A program made the position numbers and the translations under genes. From the IMG/VR virus record IMGVR_UViG_3300017747_001955, positions 1 to 54,804 of that record: 54,804 nucleotides of DNA. One strand, given 5' to 3'. Shown in pieces: positions 1-10,000 of the stretch. Below the pieces are notes generated by a model. That model made no database searches and had not been told where the DNA came from. It saw only the letters and a program-made list of their open reading frames with translations. Within the stretch, counting starts at the first letter, position 1; each line of letters starts with the position of its first letter. This DNA is from a virus (taxonomy: Duplodnaviria; Caudoviricetes).

Positions 1-28
1 ATAAGTTTTGTTTCTCAGTAGGTGTCAT
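1..28 (-). CDS. N-terminal fragment of a hypothetical protein (MTPTEKQNL...), running off the window edge
   Basis: ATG at 28-26 overlaps the TGA of the preceding small ORF (ATGA overlap); frame is open to position 1. Read by hand, not in the ORF track. Confidence 0.5.
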
Positions 29-174
29 TTGCCTTGTCTGTTATAAAGTTTCTTATAGTTCTTGCTAGTCTTCAAACCACTGGTTTTCTTCTTTGAATGA
101 ACCCCTGGTCTTCTTACTTTAGCTTTCTTAATGAACCTTTTAACTATACTGCTGCTTGATTTAGTTTTAGCCAT
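25..174 (-). CDS. Small, very basic 49-aa phage protein (MAKTKSSSSIVKRFIKKAKVRRPGVHSKKKTSGLKTSKNYKKLYNRQGK), possibly nucleic-acid binding
   Basis: Translated by hand: ATG 174-172, TGA 27-25. Lys/Arg-rich with no acidic residues; preceded by the intergenic promoter-like motif; below the ORF-track size cutoff. Confidence 0.75.
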   Translation of the reverse strand: MAKTKSSSSIVKRFIKKAKVRRPGVHSKKKTSGLKTSKNYKKLYNRQGK

Positions 175-176
175 AC

Positions 177-196
177 TATAATATACTAATTTTTTC
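177..196 (-). promoter_or_regulatory. Putative phage late promoter (A-tract + TAwATT motif), copy 1
   Basis: Minus strand GAAAAAATTAGTATATTATA directly upstream of the ATG at 174; similar to intergenic sequences at 31884-31905 and 45825-45846; resembles the Bacteroidota -7 element TAnnTTTG. Confidence 0.45.
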
Positions 197-201
197 TAAT
201 A

Positions 202-3200
202 TTATTTCTGTGCAGTTGCTCTTTTTGCTGCATCATATGCACCTTCTGTAGATATTACATCTTTTATATTTGACCAACTAGTTAAGTCAGATACATTCTT
301 CCAAAGTTTAGGGTCACCTTCCATGTATCTATCTGTATCTCTTTGATAATAACCTCTTTCGTAAGCATATTCACTACCAGTTAATTCATAACTACTATAA
401 AACATAGCGTTTTGAACTAAGTCCCAAATTGTTTTACCTTCCTTGAATGCAGTGGTTAGCTGACCAAAGTTATCAATATAATCATTAGGTTTACCAATAA
501 TAGGGGCAGGAACTAAAGATCTAGATTCATTAGATACTTTAACCATAGTTCTAATCATCATTAACTCAAAGTAACTTAAGTCTTCTTCATCACTTTCTTT
601 TAAAGAAGATCTCAGTGCTTGATACAACATATAGAATGCAATTGCTAATAATACTTCTCTTGCTGCCATAGCTGCTCTAGGTCTGTAGTAATCATCCTGT
701 TCAATTCCTGTATCTAAGTTAAGTTTTTTCTTTACAAATCCAGGAAGAAGAGCATCATATAGTAAAGTTTTAAATGCAGTACCTGCACCATAATACTGTA
801 CCATTCTACCCAAAGCCACATACCATCCAGTAAATGCTTCTGGTGCATCCCAAGAGTATGCACTACCCATTCCTTCAAAACCACCAAACTTAAATCTTGT
901 TGATACTGCAGGAACTAAATACTTACGATAGAAGTTGAATAGTGTACCAATCAATGTACTTCCAAATAAAGTACTTGTGTATTTAGAGTAGTTACCTTGG
1001 AAGTTGTATATCTCAGTCATGATTGTTCCTTTAAGATCTGTCATTTCTTTTTCAGAAATGTTTACATCAGGTCTTAGAACTAACTCTCCATTTACTTCTG
1101 TGAATACATCTGTACCATTTACAAACACTGTTTCTCCACTAGCATTCTTCTTTACTTTCTTTACTCCATTCTCAATGATAACATTACCTAAAGAATCAAC
1201 CTCATATTGCTCAAAGTTTCTATGATGTAATATCATTAGCATCATAGTAAGACCAATTTCAAATTCACCTTTATCCTGTAAAGCCATTGATACATCACCA
1301 AAATTGGCAAGTCTTCCAGCCATTCTTCTAACTTTAGAAGCTGTGTTAGAATCCATTGTTCTATCAAAGTCTTTACCTAACACATTCATGTATCTCCATA
1401 TTTTAGTTTGTATGGATACATCAGAAAGTTTTCCCCAGTCAGCTAACATTTTAGGAATCCACTGAGTGTAGATTAACTTTTTAGCCATTACATAATCTTC
1501 AGTGCTTGCAAATCTAAAATCAGATGTAGATAAGAATGCTTGAACATTACCAGAAAGTAAGTTACCAAACTGCATAGGAATATCAAATGCCATCCTTCCA
1601 AAACTAGCAAGCTTCATAAACATCCTAGCAGTCTTTATATTAAATACAGGAGTAGTTGGTCCCTTTTCATATAGTTGACCATAGATGAATTTTTTCTTAT
1701 TGAACTCTGCTTGCTTTATGATGATATCTACTTTGTTTATTTTCTCTTGAGCATTAGGATCATTTTTAGTTTGATCCACCACTCTTTGTTTAAAGCTCTT
1801 TAACCAGTCAATAACAGAAGACATTTCTACTTCTGCAGTAGCTAACTTTTTATTTGTATAGAATCCTGAGTTCCAATTAATGATTGCACCAATGCCATCC
1901 ATTGTTGTAAGATTTGCAGGCATTGCTGTGTTCTCTTTGAATTTAATCTTCTCAACACCAGCCATTCCTGATTCATTGGTTGCTTTCTCAAATTGACTAC
2001 CACTGTAAGATAAGTCTTGAATCTTTTCTTGCACTTCTCTCTTGATACCATCAACACCTTTATACAATACATTCTCCATTAGACTTTGCTGTACAAATGG
2101 AAGTGTGAATCCTAAAGGTCTGCCGCTTGCTAGTTTCTGCTTTAATAAGAATTCTTTTACAATCCAATTTGTATAGAATGATTTAGTAGTAGGGTCTGCA
2201 TATTCATTCCAGAATGCTTGATTACTCCATTTAGCATTTGTAGAAACTTCAAATTCATTAGTATCAACATTAAATGAATGTCCTTTAGGCATTGGATACA
2301 TTCCTCCACCTTTTTTCTGTGGAACAAATGATTCTTGATAATTAGGATTTAATGCTTCATTCTTTAGTTTTTTAATTCTATACTTCTTACCTGGAACTAA
2401 TTCCATGTCTTTAGCATTATTAGGCATCCATACATATGCATGAGCTCTTACTTGCTCATGTAAGTCCATACGCTGTGGCCCAATTGATCCTCTCTTATAA
2501 GTTGTATAGTTATTCTTATTGAAGAATGTAGCAAAGATTTCTTCATGTCTGTGATACTGAGACATTTCATAATCTCTGCTATCACGAAGAGCTCTTGTAT
2601 CTTCTCCTTTAGAATCAGCCTCTTGAATTCTATTAGTTAGATCTCTTACATTATTCCATGCTTTTTGTACATTATCTTTTAACCTATCTCTTTTTTTAAT
2701 ATACTCTGGACTAACTACTTTGCTTCTTATTTCTCTAAGTTGACCAAATAACTCTTTAAGTGATTCTTTTTGAACATCTGATAAAGGAGAAGAAGGATCA
2801 TCTTTAAGTTCATTCTTTCTATCTTCCATTTTATCTTCCAACTGTTGGAACTTTATCACTTCTTCTGGAGTAAGTTGATTAAAATCAAACTTACCTCTAA
2901 CCATGTGTCTAGATTTAATCTTCTGTCTTTCTTTCAAAAGAGAATCTAGTACAGGATCCTTTTCTACTATTTCATTTATTCTATCAAAGATTCTTTCTAC
3001 TCTTGCATTGTAATCAGCAGTAGGGGCATATCTACTATTGAATCCATCCCAACGATCAATCTCTGATTGATTACCACCTGCAAGAATTCTTTCTCTATTC
3101 TTAGTCCATAATCCATAGTTTAAATCAAAGTTAAAGTAAGATAATAACTCATCCATCATATTAGATAAGCCTGGTTCATTCTCAAGCATTTCTTGTCTGA

Positions 3201-6200
3201 TTCTAGATATCTCATCTTCTTTTATATCAATCTGTTCTTGGTCTTCATCAGTTAATAACTGCTCACCTTGAGCGTGCATTATAATAGAATGAATCTCTTC
3301 AAGTAATTCAGCAACTCTAGCATTGTAAGGACCACTTGCATATAACAACCTCATGACTTCAGGCTTATACTTAGTGCTTACATTTTCAATTTGCCACTCA
3401 ATCCATTGTTTATTTAGGTCTTCTTTCTGTTGATTAAGTTCTTTTCTCTCTGCTTCCAATGCAGTTCTTTCAGGACTATTAAGAACAGAATCTCTAATCT
3501 GCTTATTCTTTTCTACAATTGCATCATTGATTTTATTAAGTCTATCTTTCCATTTGTCATATTCAATGTAGAATTCAGCACTAACAGGATCTTTATATTG
3601 TCTGTATGTTTCTGATAAAGTAGGATTTCCATTTTCATCAAACTCTAATGCTCTTGTTACTTCTTCACTAATTACTTTATTAGCTGCTTCTACGCCACCT
3701 TTTGCATCAATGAAATCATTTTTAATTTTATCAACCCCTGTTCTGTAAAGCCAGTTCTCCCATTCAACATTACCTTCTTCAGTTACATTTCTCATGTACT
3801 GAAATATAGCTGAGATTGCTGCTTCTGAGTTTGCATTATCACCAATAATAGAATCCATGGACACTAATCCAGTGTTACCTGAAATAGTAGAACCCATATA
3901 GAAGCCAGTGTTTTCAGGATCACCAATTAATCCTTCCAAATAATCATCTAATGTTTTATCATCTAATGTGTTCATTGCAATTATTTGAGCTATTCTAGCT
4001 CTTTCCTTCTTTAGAGAATCAAGAAGTTCTGCTTTATTTTTATTTGAACTAAATAGATTTTTAAACATTCTAGATGCCTTTGCCATCATTGTGTCTACAT
4101 CTACTTGTCCTGCTTCTAATGTGGCAATTGTTTTATCTATCCAACCTAATCTAGGAGTAAGTAATTTTTTCATATCACCAAAAACCTTGGACCATTTTTC
4201 AGGACCAATTACTTTCATAATGACAGCTTTAAATACTTTTTTACCAGCATTTGTATTTTTTATATTGACTCTATCAATAGTATTGGATATATCTCCAAGA
4301 TACTCATCAATGTTTTTTACACTTGCTGGATCAAGATTAGTGAGAGATAATATTGTTGACTTGATTAACTTAATGTAGTCATTCAAGTTATCTAATGTAA
4401 CAGCATATTTTCGTAAATCTCTAAGCATACCATTATGCTCTAAATTACCTATCTCATAATTATCAGGAACATCAATACTATCTAGTTTTTCAGCTATTGA
4501 TTGAACTTCTGATTGCATTGTTTCAAGAGCACTCTTAATAAGAATACCTCTATTTGCAGCTAGTTTCTCTTCAGTATCTCCTTTTACACCAAGCTCTACT
4601 TTAGTTTTAAAAGATAATAATGCTTGCTTTCTCTTTGTTAGTTGAGTTTCTTTGGCTTTCTTAGAATCCTCATCCATTTCAGTGTTAGCAGTTAATTCTT
4701 TCTGCTCTTTAGAAATAGCTTCTAACTGTTCATCAGCAAGCTTATATAACTTTTCTATAATTAGATCCTGTGTCTCTTTATCCATTTTTCCAAATGGACC
4801 ACCTTCATCAAGACTTGTTGAAGTTTCTTCTGCAGCTGGTTCTGCTGTTCCTTTAAATCTAGACCTCGCAGCAGTATCTACTGCTTCACCATAATTTCTT
4901 TTAGCACCTATTGAGTTTTTATCTTCTTCTGAATAGAAGTCAGCATCTCTAAATGTACCCATTGCATAGCTAGTAAGAGTAAACTCTGTAGCATCTTCTA
5001 TCTTTTCTGCATTGGTTGTATAGTGATAAGCCATTGCCCAAATAGTTCTACCTACAACAGGAATACCAATCTTCTCTAATGACTCTCTATAGATTGTTGT
5101 TTGAATTTGATATTCATTAAGTGATGACCTAGTTCTAAAATCTGAAAATACAGGATCAACTCCTTGTTTGAATGGAGCTTTTACAAAGCTTTGCTTGAAT
5201 GTAAATAAGCTTCTAGGGAATTGTACAATAGGACTTAGTCCAGGTTGTTTCTTAGTCTTAATATCTATGATTTCAGCTTCACCTTTTTCATTGATAGCAA
5301 GTAAGTCAAGACGACTGATGACCATTGTACCATCTACATCATTTACACCAATACCAATTTCTGGTATAATGATTTTACCTTCACTCATTGTAGCATCCAT
5401 TCTTGATGCTATCCTTAATGCTGCTGATTTAATTATATTGATATCTACATTCTTAAACATAATTAACTTCTTATGTTTAGCATAGAATTCATTAAAGAAT
5501 TCAGTTTCATTAATAAGCTCTGAAGGAGATTTACCTGTTCTCCATGATTGCATCTGAAGTTCTTCTGCCATCATGTGGTAGAAGTTACCAAAGTTTGCTC
5601 CAATCTTTGTTGCCTTACTATCTGGATTTTCTAACTCAAGTGATCCTTTGTATTTAGTAGAACCAATATTAGGAACATCTGCTTCTAATGCAGCTATCTT
5701 TTGATTTACATTTTCAATCAATAGATCAATTGCTTTTAACTGATTCTGTTTTGTAACACCCTTAGGCATTATACTTTTAATCTCTTCTAGATTCTTTAAC
5801 TCATCTTCAGCCTTCTCTATGTTAAGTTGCTTTCTAGTTTTACCTGAGTGATAAGGACTTTGTAATTCATTATCATCCTTATCATTTTTATCATGAGTTA
5901 ATAGTGGGTCTACAGGATCTGCACTGTAATACAGATAATCACTTTCTGCTAAAGGAATAGTAATGTCTGCACTGTTGATGTATTCAACAAGTGTCTGTAT
6001 AGTATCTCTTGCTGATATCTTATTGCCATCAAATAAACTAGCTAACCAATCTAAGAATCTTTGAATTAGTTTACCAAATGGAGAAGCAGGTCTTCCTTCA
6101 GGATTTACCTCAAGCTCTTGCTTCATTGCTTTTGTTAGAACCTTTGTTATGAACTCAGTGTTTATAACATTATCAAGCTGGCGTTGTGTAACAGGAGTAC

Positions 6201-7032
6201 CTTTTGTTCTTTCTTCATAACTCAATCTTAATCTAGTGTATTCAGCAGCATACTTAGGATCTCTTAATGCTGCATCAACAAGTCCTTTATATAGATTAGG
6301 TCTTGATTCTTTTAGTCCTTCTATAAAGACATGCATTAATTCTTCAATACCATTCTCTGGTAACACCCTTCCTTCTACAAGATATACTTTGTTATTCTTA
6401 ACAAATGCACTTATTGATCTAACACTTTCATAGTGTTCTTCTTGCTTTAGATCTTTTTCATTAATCCATTCAACAGTAACTCCAGGAAACTTAGGAAGTA
6501 AGTGATCTATTACTTTATTAACCTCTGCCTTCTGTTTATTTATATCCTGCTTGGTAGGTTTGTAATTAATAGCCTTAACACTTTCAGTGTATACAATCTT
6601 AGCTTTCCCAGGGAATGCATTATCATACTTAAGTTCTGCTTTGATATCAGGGTATCTTTGTTTTAATCTACCTAAGAATTTAACAGCAGTTCCTCTATTA
6701 ACCCATCCATCTTTACCTGGTTGGAATTGTTCCCAGTTTGCAAATTCATTCCTAATGATATTATTAATACCTGTAGGTAAATGCATAATTACATTTAAAA
6801 GTGGCTCACCATTTTCATCTAGTGGGAGGATACTATCACCTTTTTCCCAATCACCATATGTAAGTTTAAACTTAGGTGTATATGCCAAAGCCCATATTCT
6901 TAATGCTTCTTGAGCATCATAGTTCATATAGATTAAAGCATTCTTATACAGTAAAGATTCTTTTTCATTAGGTGCTAACACCTTAACTACTTCATTGGTT
7001 TCAGGGTTTCTTAATATTGAACAACTTAACAT
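202..7032 (-). CDS. Giant virion ejection/polyvalent protein (2276 aa) with a PD-(D/E)XK nuclease-like domain and a degenerate zincin-like domain
   Basis: Long ORF directly downstream of the virion RNAP. Motif SRLDLLAINEKGEAEIIDIKT...EYQIQTTIY (PD-(D/E)XK with QxxxY); IEELMHVF resembles HExxH lacking the first His; extensive coiled-coil-like regions. Position matches the crAss-like giant-protein cluster. Confidence 0.8.
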   Translation of the reverse strand: MLSCSILRNPETNEVVKVLAPNEKESLLYKNALIYMNYDAQEALRIWALAYTPKFKLTYGDWEKGDSILPLDENGEPLLNVIMHLPTGINNIIRNEFANWEQFQPGKDGWVNRGTAVKFLGRLKQRYPDIKAELKYDNAFPGKAKIVYTESVKAINYKPTKQDINKQKAEVNKVIDHLLPKFPGVTVEWINEKDLKQEEHYESVRSISAFVKNNKVYLVEGRVLPENGIEELMHVFIEGLKESRPNLYKGLVDAALRDPKYAAEYTRLRLSYEERTKGTPVTQRQLDNVINTEFITKVLTKAMKQELEVNPEGRPASPFGKLIQRFLDWLASLFDGNKISARDTIQTLVEYINSADITIPLAESDYLYYSADPVDPLLTHDKNDKDDNELQSPYHSGKTRKQLNIEKAEDELKNLEEIKSIMPKGVTKQNQLKAIDLLIENVNQKIAALEADVPNIGSTKYKGSLELENPDSKATKIGANFGNFYHMMAEELQMQSWRTGKSPSELINETEFFNEFYAKHKKLIMFKNVDINIIKSAALRIASRMDATMSEGKIIIPEIGIGVNDVDGTMVISRLDLLAINEKGEAEIIDIKTKKQPGLSPIVQFPRSLFTFKQSFVKAPFKQGVDPVFSDFRTRSSLNEYQIQTTIYRESLEKIGIPVVGRTIWAMAYHYTTNAEKIEDATEFTLTSYAMGTFRDADFYSEEDKNSIGAKRNYGEAVDTAARSRFKGTAEPAAEETSTSLDEGGPFGKMDKETQDLIIEKLYKLADEQLEAISKEQKELTANTEMDEDSKKAKETQLTKRKQALLSFKTKVELGVKGDTEEKLAANRGILIKSALETMQSEVQSIAEKLDSIDVPDNYEIGNLEHNGMLRDLRKYAVTLDNLNDYIKLIKSTILSLTNLDPASVKNIDEYLGDISNTIDRVNIKNTNAGKKVFKAVIMKVIGPEKWSKVFGDMKKLLTPRLGWIDKTIATLEAGQVDVDTMMAKASRMFKNLFSSNKNKAELLDSLKKERARIAQIIAMNTLDDKTLDDYLEGLIGDPENTGFYMGSTISGNTGLVSMDSIIGDNANSEAAISAIFQYMRNVTEEGNVEWENWLYRTGVDKIKNDFIDAKGGVEAANKVISEEVTRALEFDENGNPTLSETYRQYKDPVSAEFYIEYDKWKDRLNKINDAIVEKNKQIRDSVLNSPERTALEAERKELNQQKEDLNKQWIEWQIENVSTKYKPEVMRLLYASGPYNARVAELLEEIHSIIMHAQGEQLLTDEDQEQIDIKEDEISRIRQEMLENEPGLSNMMDELLSYFNFDLNYGLWTKNRERILAGGNQSEIDRWDGFNSRYAPTADYNARVERIFDRINEIVEKDPVLDSLLKERQKIKSRHMVRGKFDFNQLTPEEVIKFQQLEDKMEDRKNELKDDPSSPLSDVQKESLKELFGQLREIRSKVVSPEYIKKRDRLKDNVQKAWNNVRDLTNRIQEADSKGEDTRALRDSRDYEMSQYHRHEEIFATFFNKNNYTTYKRGSIGPQRMDLHEQVRAHAYVWMPNNAKDMELVPGKKYRIKKLKNEALNPNYQESFVPQKKGGGMYPMPKGHSFNVDTNEFEVSTNAKWSNQAFWNEYADPTTKSFYTNWIVKEFLLKQKLASGRPLGFTLPFVQQSLMENVLYKGVDGIKREVQEKIQDLSYSGSQFEKATNESGMAGVEKIKFKENTAMPANLTTMDGIGAIINWNSGFYTNKKLATAEVEMSSVIDWLKSFKQRVVDQTKNDPNAQEKINKVDIIIKQAEFNKKKFIYGQLYEKGPTTPVFNIKTARMFMKLASFGRMAFDIPMQFGNLLSGNVQAFLSTSDFRFASTEDYVMAKKLIYTQWIPKMLADWGKLSDVSIQTKIWRYMNVLGKDFDRTMDSNTASKVRRMAGRLANFGDVSMALQDKGEFEIGLTMMLMILHHRNFEQYEVDSLGNVIIENGVKKVKKNASGETVFVNGTDVFTEVNGELVLRPDVNISEKEMTDLKGTIMTEIYNFQGNYSKYTSTLFGSTLIGTLFNFYRKYLVPAVSTRFKFGGFEGMGSAYSWDAPEAFTGWYVALGRMVQYYGAGTAFKTLLYDALLPGFVKKKLNLDTGIEQDDYYRPRAAMAAREVLLAIAFYMLYQALRSSLKESDEEDLSYFELMMIRTMVKVSNESRSLVPAPIIGKPNDYIDNFGQLTTAFKEGKTIWDLVQNAMFYSSYELTGSEYAYERGYYQRDTDRYMEGDPKLWKNVSDLTSWSNIKDVISTEGAYDAAKRATAQK

Positions 7033-7037
7033 ATTAT

Positions 7038-10000
7038 TTATCCTCCATTACAGTTTTTAGATTCATCATCTTTTTTCTTAATTACATCATTAATGTCTTG
7101 ATCTGTTATATCATTAATGCTAGTTGGTTGAGTAGAAATTAATTTATCAAAATTATCATTAAATACAATATTACTTGGTATAGTTCCTGCATTAACAAAC
7201 ATATCTGCCATTTCTTTACCTGTATATCCATTAAGATTAGTTCCTGAATAATCAGAAACTAAAAATTCTTTGGTTGGATTTTGTTTAGCGTATTCATATA
7301 ATTTTTTAATACCTTCTGTTATTTCTTCAGCAGTTTTGCTTCTTTTTTTACCAGGTGCTGTTACTGTTGTGATACCCCAAGCTTTTCCAGAATCAGAAAG
7401 TTTGTTATCCATTTTTTCACCTTGACTAACACCTGCAATATTATATGCAACTAATGCTGCTCCTCCTGTACCTTTAGAAGGATTTCCATTAATACCAAGT
7501 GGGTTAGAACCAAATACAAATATTTGATTAGGTTGTAAGCTTGTTACTTTTCCAGAATAAGTTTTTCTTTTAGTAGATTGAGCAGTAGGTTGTACTGGTT
7601 GTGCAGTAGGTGAATTAATATCTGCAGAGTTTAATAACCAAGAGAATACCACTGCTTTGCCACTCAAGAAATCTTTAAACTTAGGATCACCTTTCAAGTC
7701 CTCCCAATCTGATTTACCTAATGTTTGAGCAAAGTTATCATATACTTCAGGATTAACAACAGCATTGAACTCTGGACCAGCTCCAGGAGCTCTGCGTAGT
7801 TCACCTTTAATCATCATAAATCCATTAACAGAATTAGCAACAGATATTGTACTTCCATCTAGTAATCCAAGTTTTGTTTTTAAGTAATTACCTGAAGGTT
7901 TATTCTCAGATTTAATCTCATACATTCTATTACTTGTTCTAACTACAGTCATAGATGATGGAAGCTGAGCTACTTTCTCAGAAGACATCTGCTGATAACT
8001 CATCACTGCATTATAAATTTTAGCACCATTAGTTTGATCAAATGCTAAAGGAGAAATTCTTGTTGAACCTTGTTTTGCAACCACTTCATACACTGCAGTA
8101 GTACCTGATAAATCTAATCTATCAGAATCACCTTGCATATCAGATTGTGACAATGTATCAATAAATGCCTGACCTACAGATTTACCATTAATAGATTTTA
8201 ACACCAGCATTTGACCATATATGTTTTCCCTATATACTGGAAAAACGAATCTATAATTTCCATCTTTTGCTTGCATTTTTATACCAGCATCTTTTAAAAA
8301 TTGAATATCAAAACTAGCAGTAATCATTTTTGGATTTGGCCTAACTTCTCTTAAGTCTAACTCAAGTGTATTACCTGATGGTGTGAATAATTCAAACTGA
8401 TCAGTACCAACTCTATACTTTAAATCATTTTGATTTAATGTTGCTCTAGATCCCATCTTTGTTGTTATATTATCAACACTTTTAGGTGCAACTTTATTAA
8501 AGAAGTTTGTAACTACTTCAGTGTTTACTTCAGCATATCTATATGGGCTAATTGTTTTAGGGAAAACATCAGATGGATTATCTAACATTCTCATACTAAC
8601 TAACTTAGAAATTGCATCTGTTATGATACTTTCTAACTTAACCCCTTTGAAGCTTTTAGATAATATCTCATTTATTTTTTGATTGTATTCTTCTTCTGCT
8701 TCTTGTGGCATTTTAACAACACCATCTATGTCTTCAAATGATTCATATTTTTGATCAATGGCTCTATCTAATTCTACAAGACTCTTTTGCAAATCAATTA
8801 AAGCATCACTCATAGGTTGAGATATAATTGCAGGAAGAAGACTATAGAAAGATCCTCTAACAGATTGTGTTCCTGACTTAATCATTCCATAGTATGCAAT
8901 CTTAAATGCTGTAATCTTTGTATCATAACTAGAATAAAGTAATGATAAGAAGTCATTAAATATCTCATTGTTTTTAGATGCCATTTTACCTGTAGACATC
9001 TCCAACACTCTTACATTATTTTGCTCATCTTTAATAGTCAATGCTTTTAAGAATGCATTGTTTGGATATTTAGCTTTTAACTTATCCACTTCACTAACAA
9101 TTTCACCACTTAAGAAATTATCAGCATCTAGCAAACTTAGGTATATTTGACGCATTGGACTATCAGGCATAGCTTCCATTGCAGATTTTTGTAACTGCAA
9201 CTGAACAAATGCTCCAAGATCTTTTCTAACATCTTCTTTAGCATAACCCCAGATATTACTAAAGATTGAAGTAAGTCCTTTCATAAAACTAGTAGCATCT
9301 AACATTACTAGCTTAGAATTCTTCTGCATATACTTTAATGCTTCATGGTTTGCACGAAGTACAGGATATGCTTTTTTAAGATTTATAATAGATTCTTCAG
9401 TAAACTTGCTTTCTTCCATTCCTTTTTGACTAAAGAAATCATCATAAGTATTCATCAATCTATCAAATGTATCAATATCAGGTCTAATTGCTTTATTAGC
9501 ATCTGTGAGTTTTGTAACAGTAAAGCTAATCTCATTACTCAACTTCATGTAATTTGAAAACTCATTTTTAAGAATGAAGTTTTTAATTGCATAAGGTAAA
9601 GGTACATTGTTTTGATCTACGATCTCCCATCCAAAATTAGTTGTAGGAATAATTCCTGATGCTATTTCTTCTGGAGTATCAGGTCTGATTTCATTTGTCC
9701 AAATAAGTCTATAGTTATTGGTGTTTAATACTCCATTTTCTAATAAACCAAGATTAACTAATTCACTTAATAATTCTTTTCTATCTTGTTTGATAGACTC
9801 AGCTAAAAACTTACCAAACTTTTTATCTACTTTTTTTTGTTTTTCAGAATAAGCACTTCCATAAGTTTGTGAATAAGTTTGAGTCAACTCTGCTATTACA
9901 GGTAAAGATTGGAACATGATGGCTCCTCTCTGAGGAACACCTACAGAAAACATTGTAAGCATTACAGGAGTAGTGATTGTATTAAGATTTAATGGGCCAG

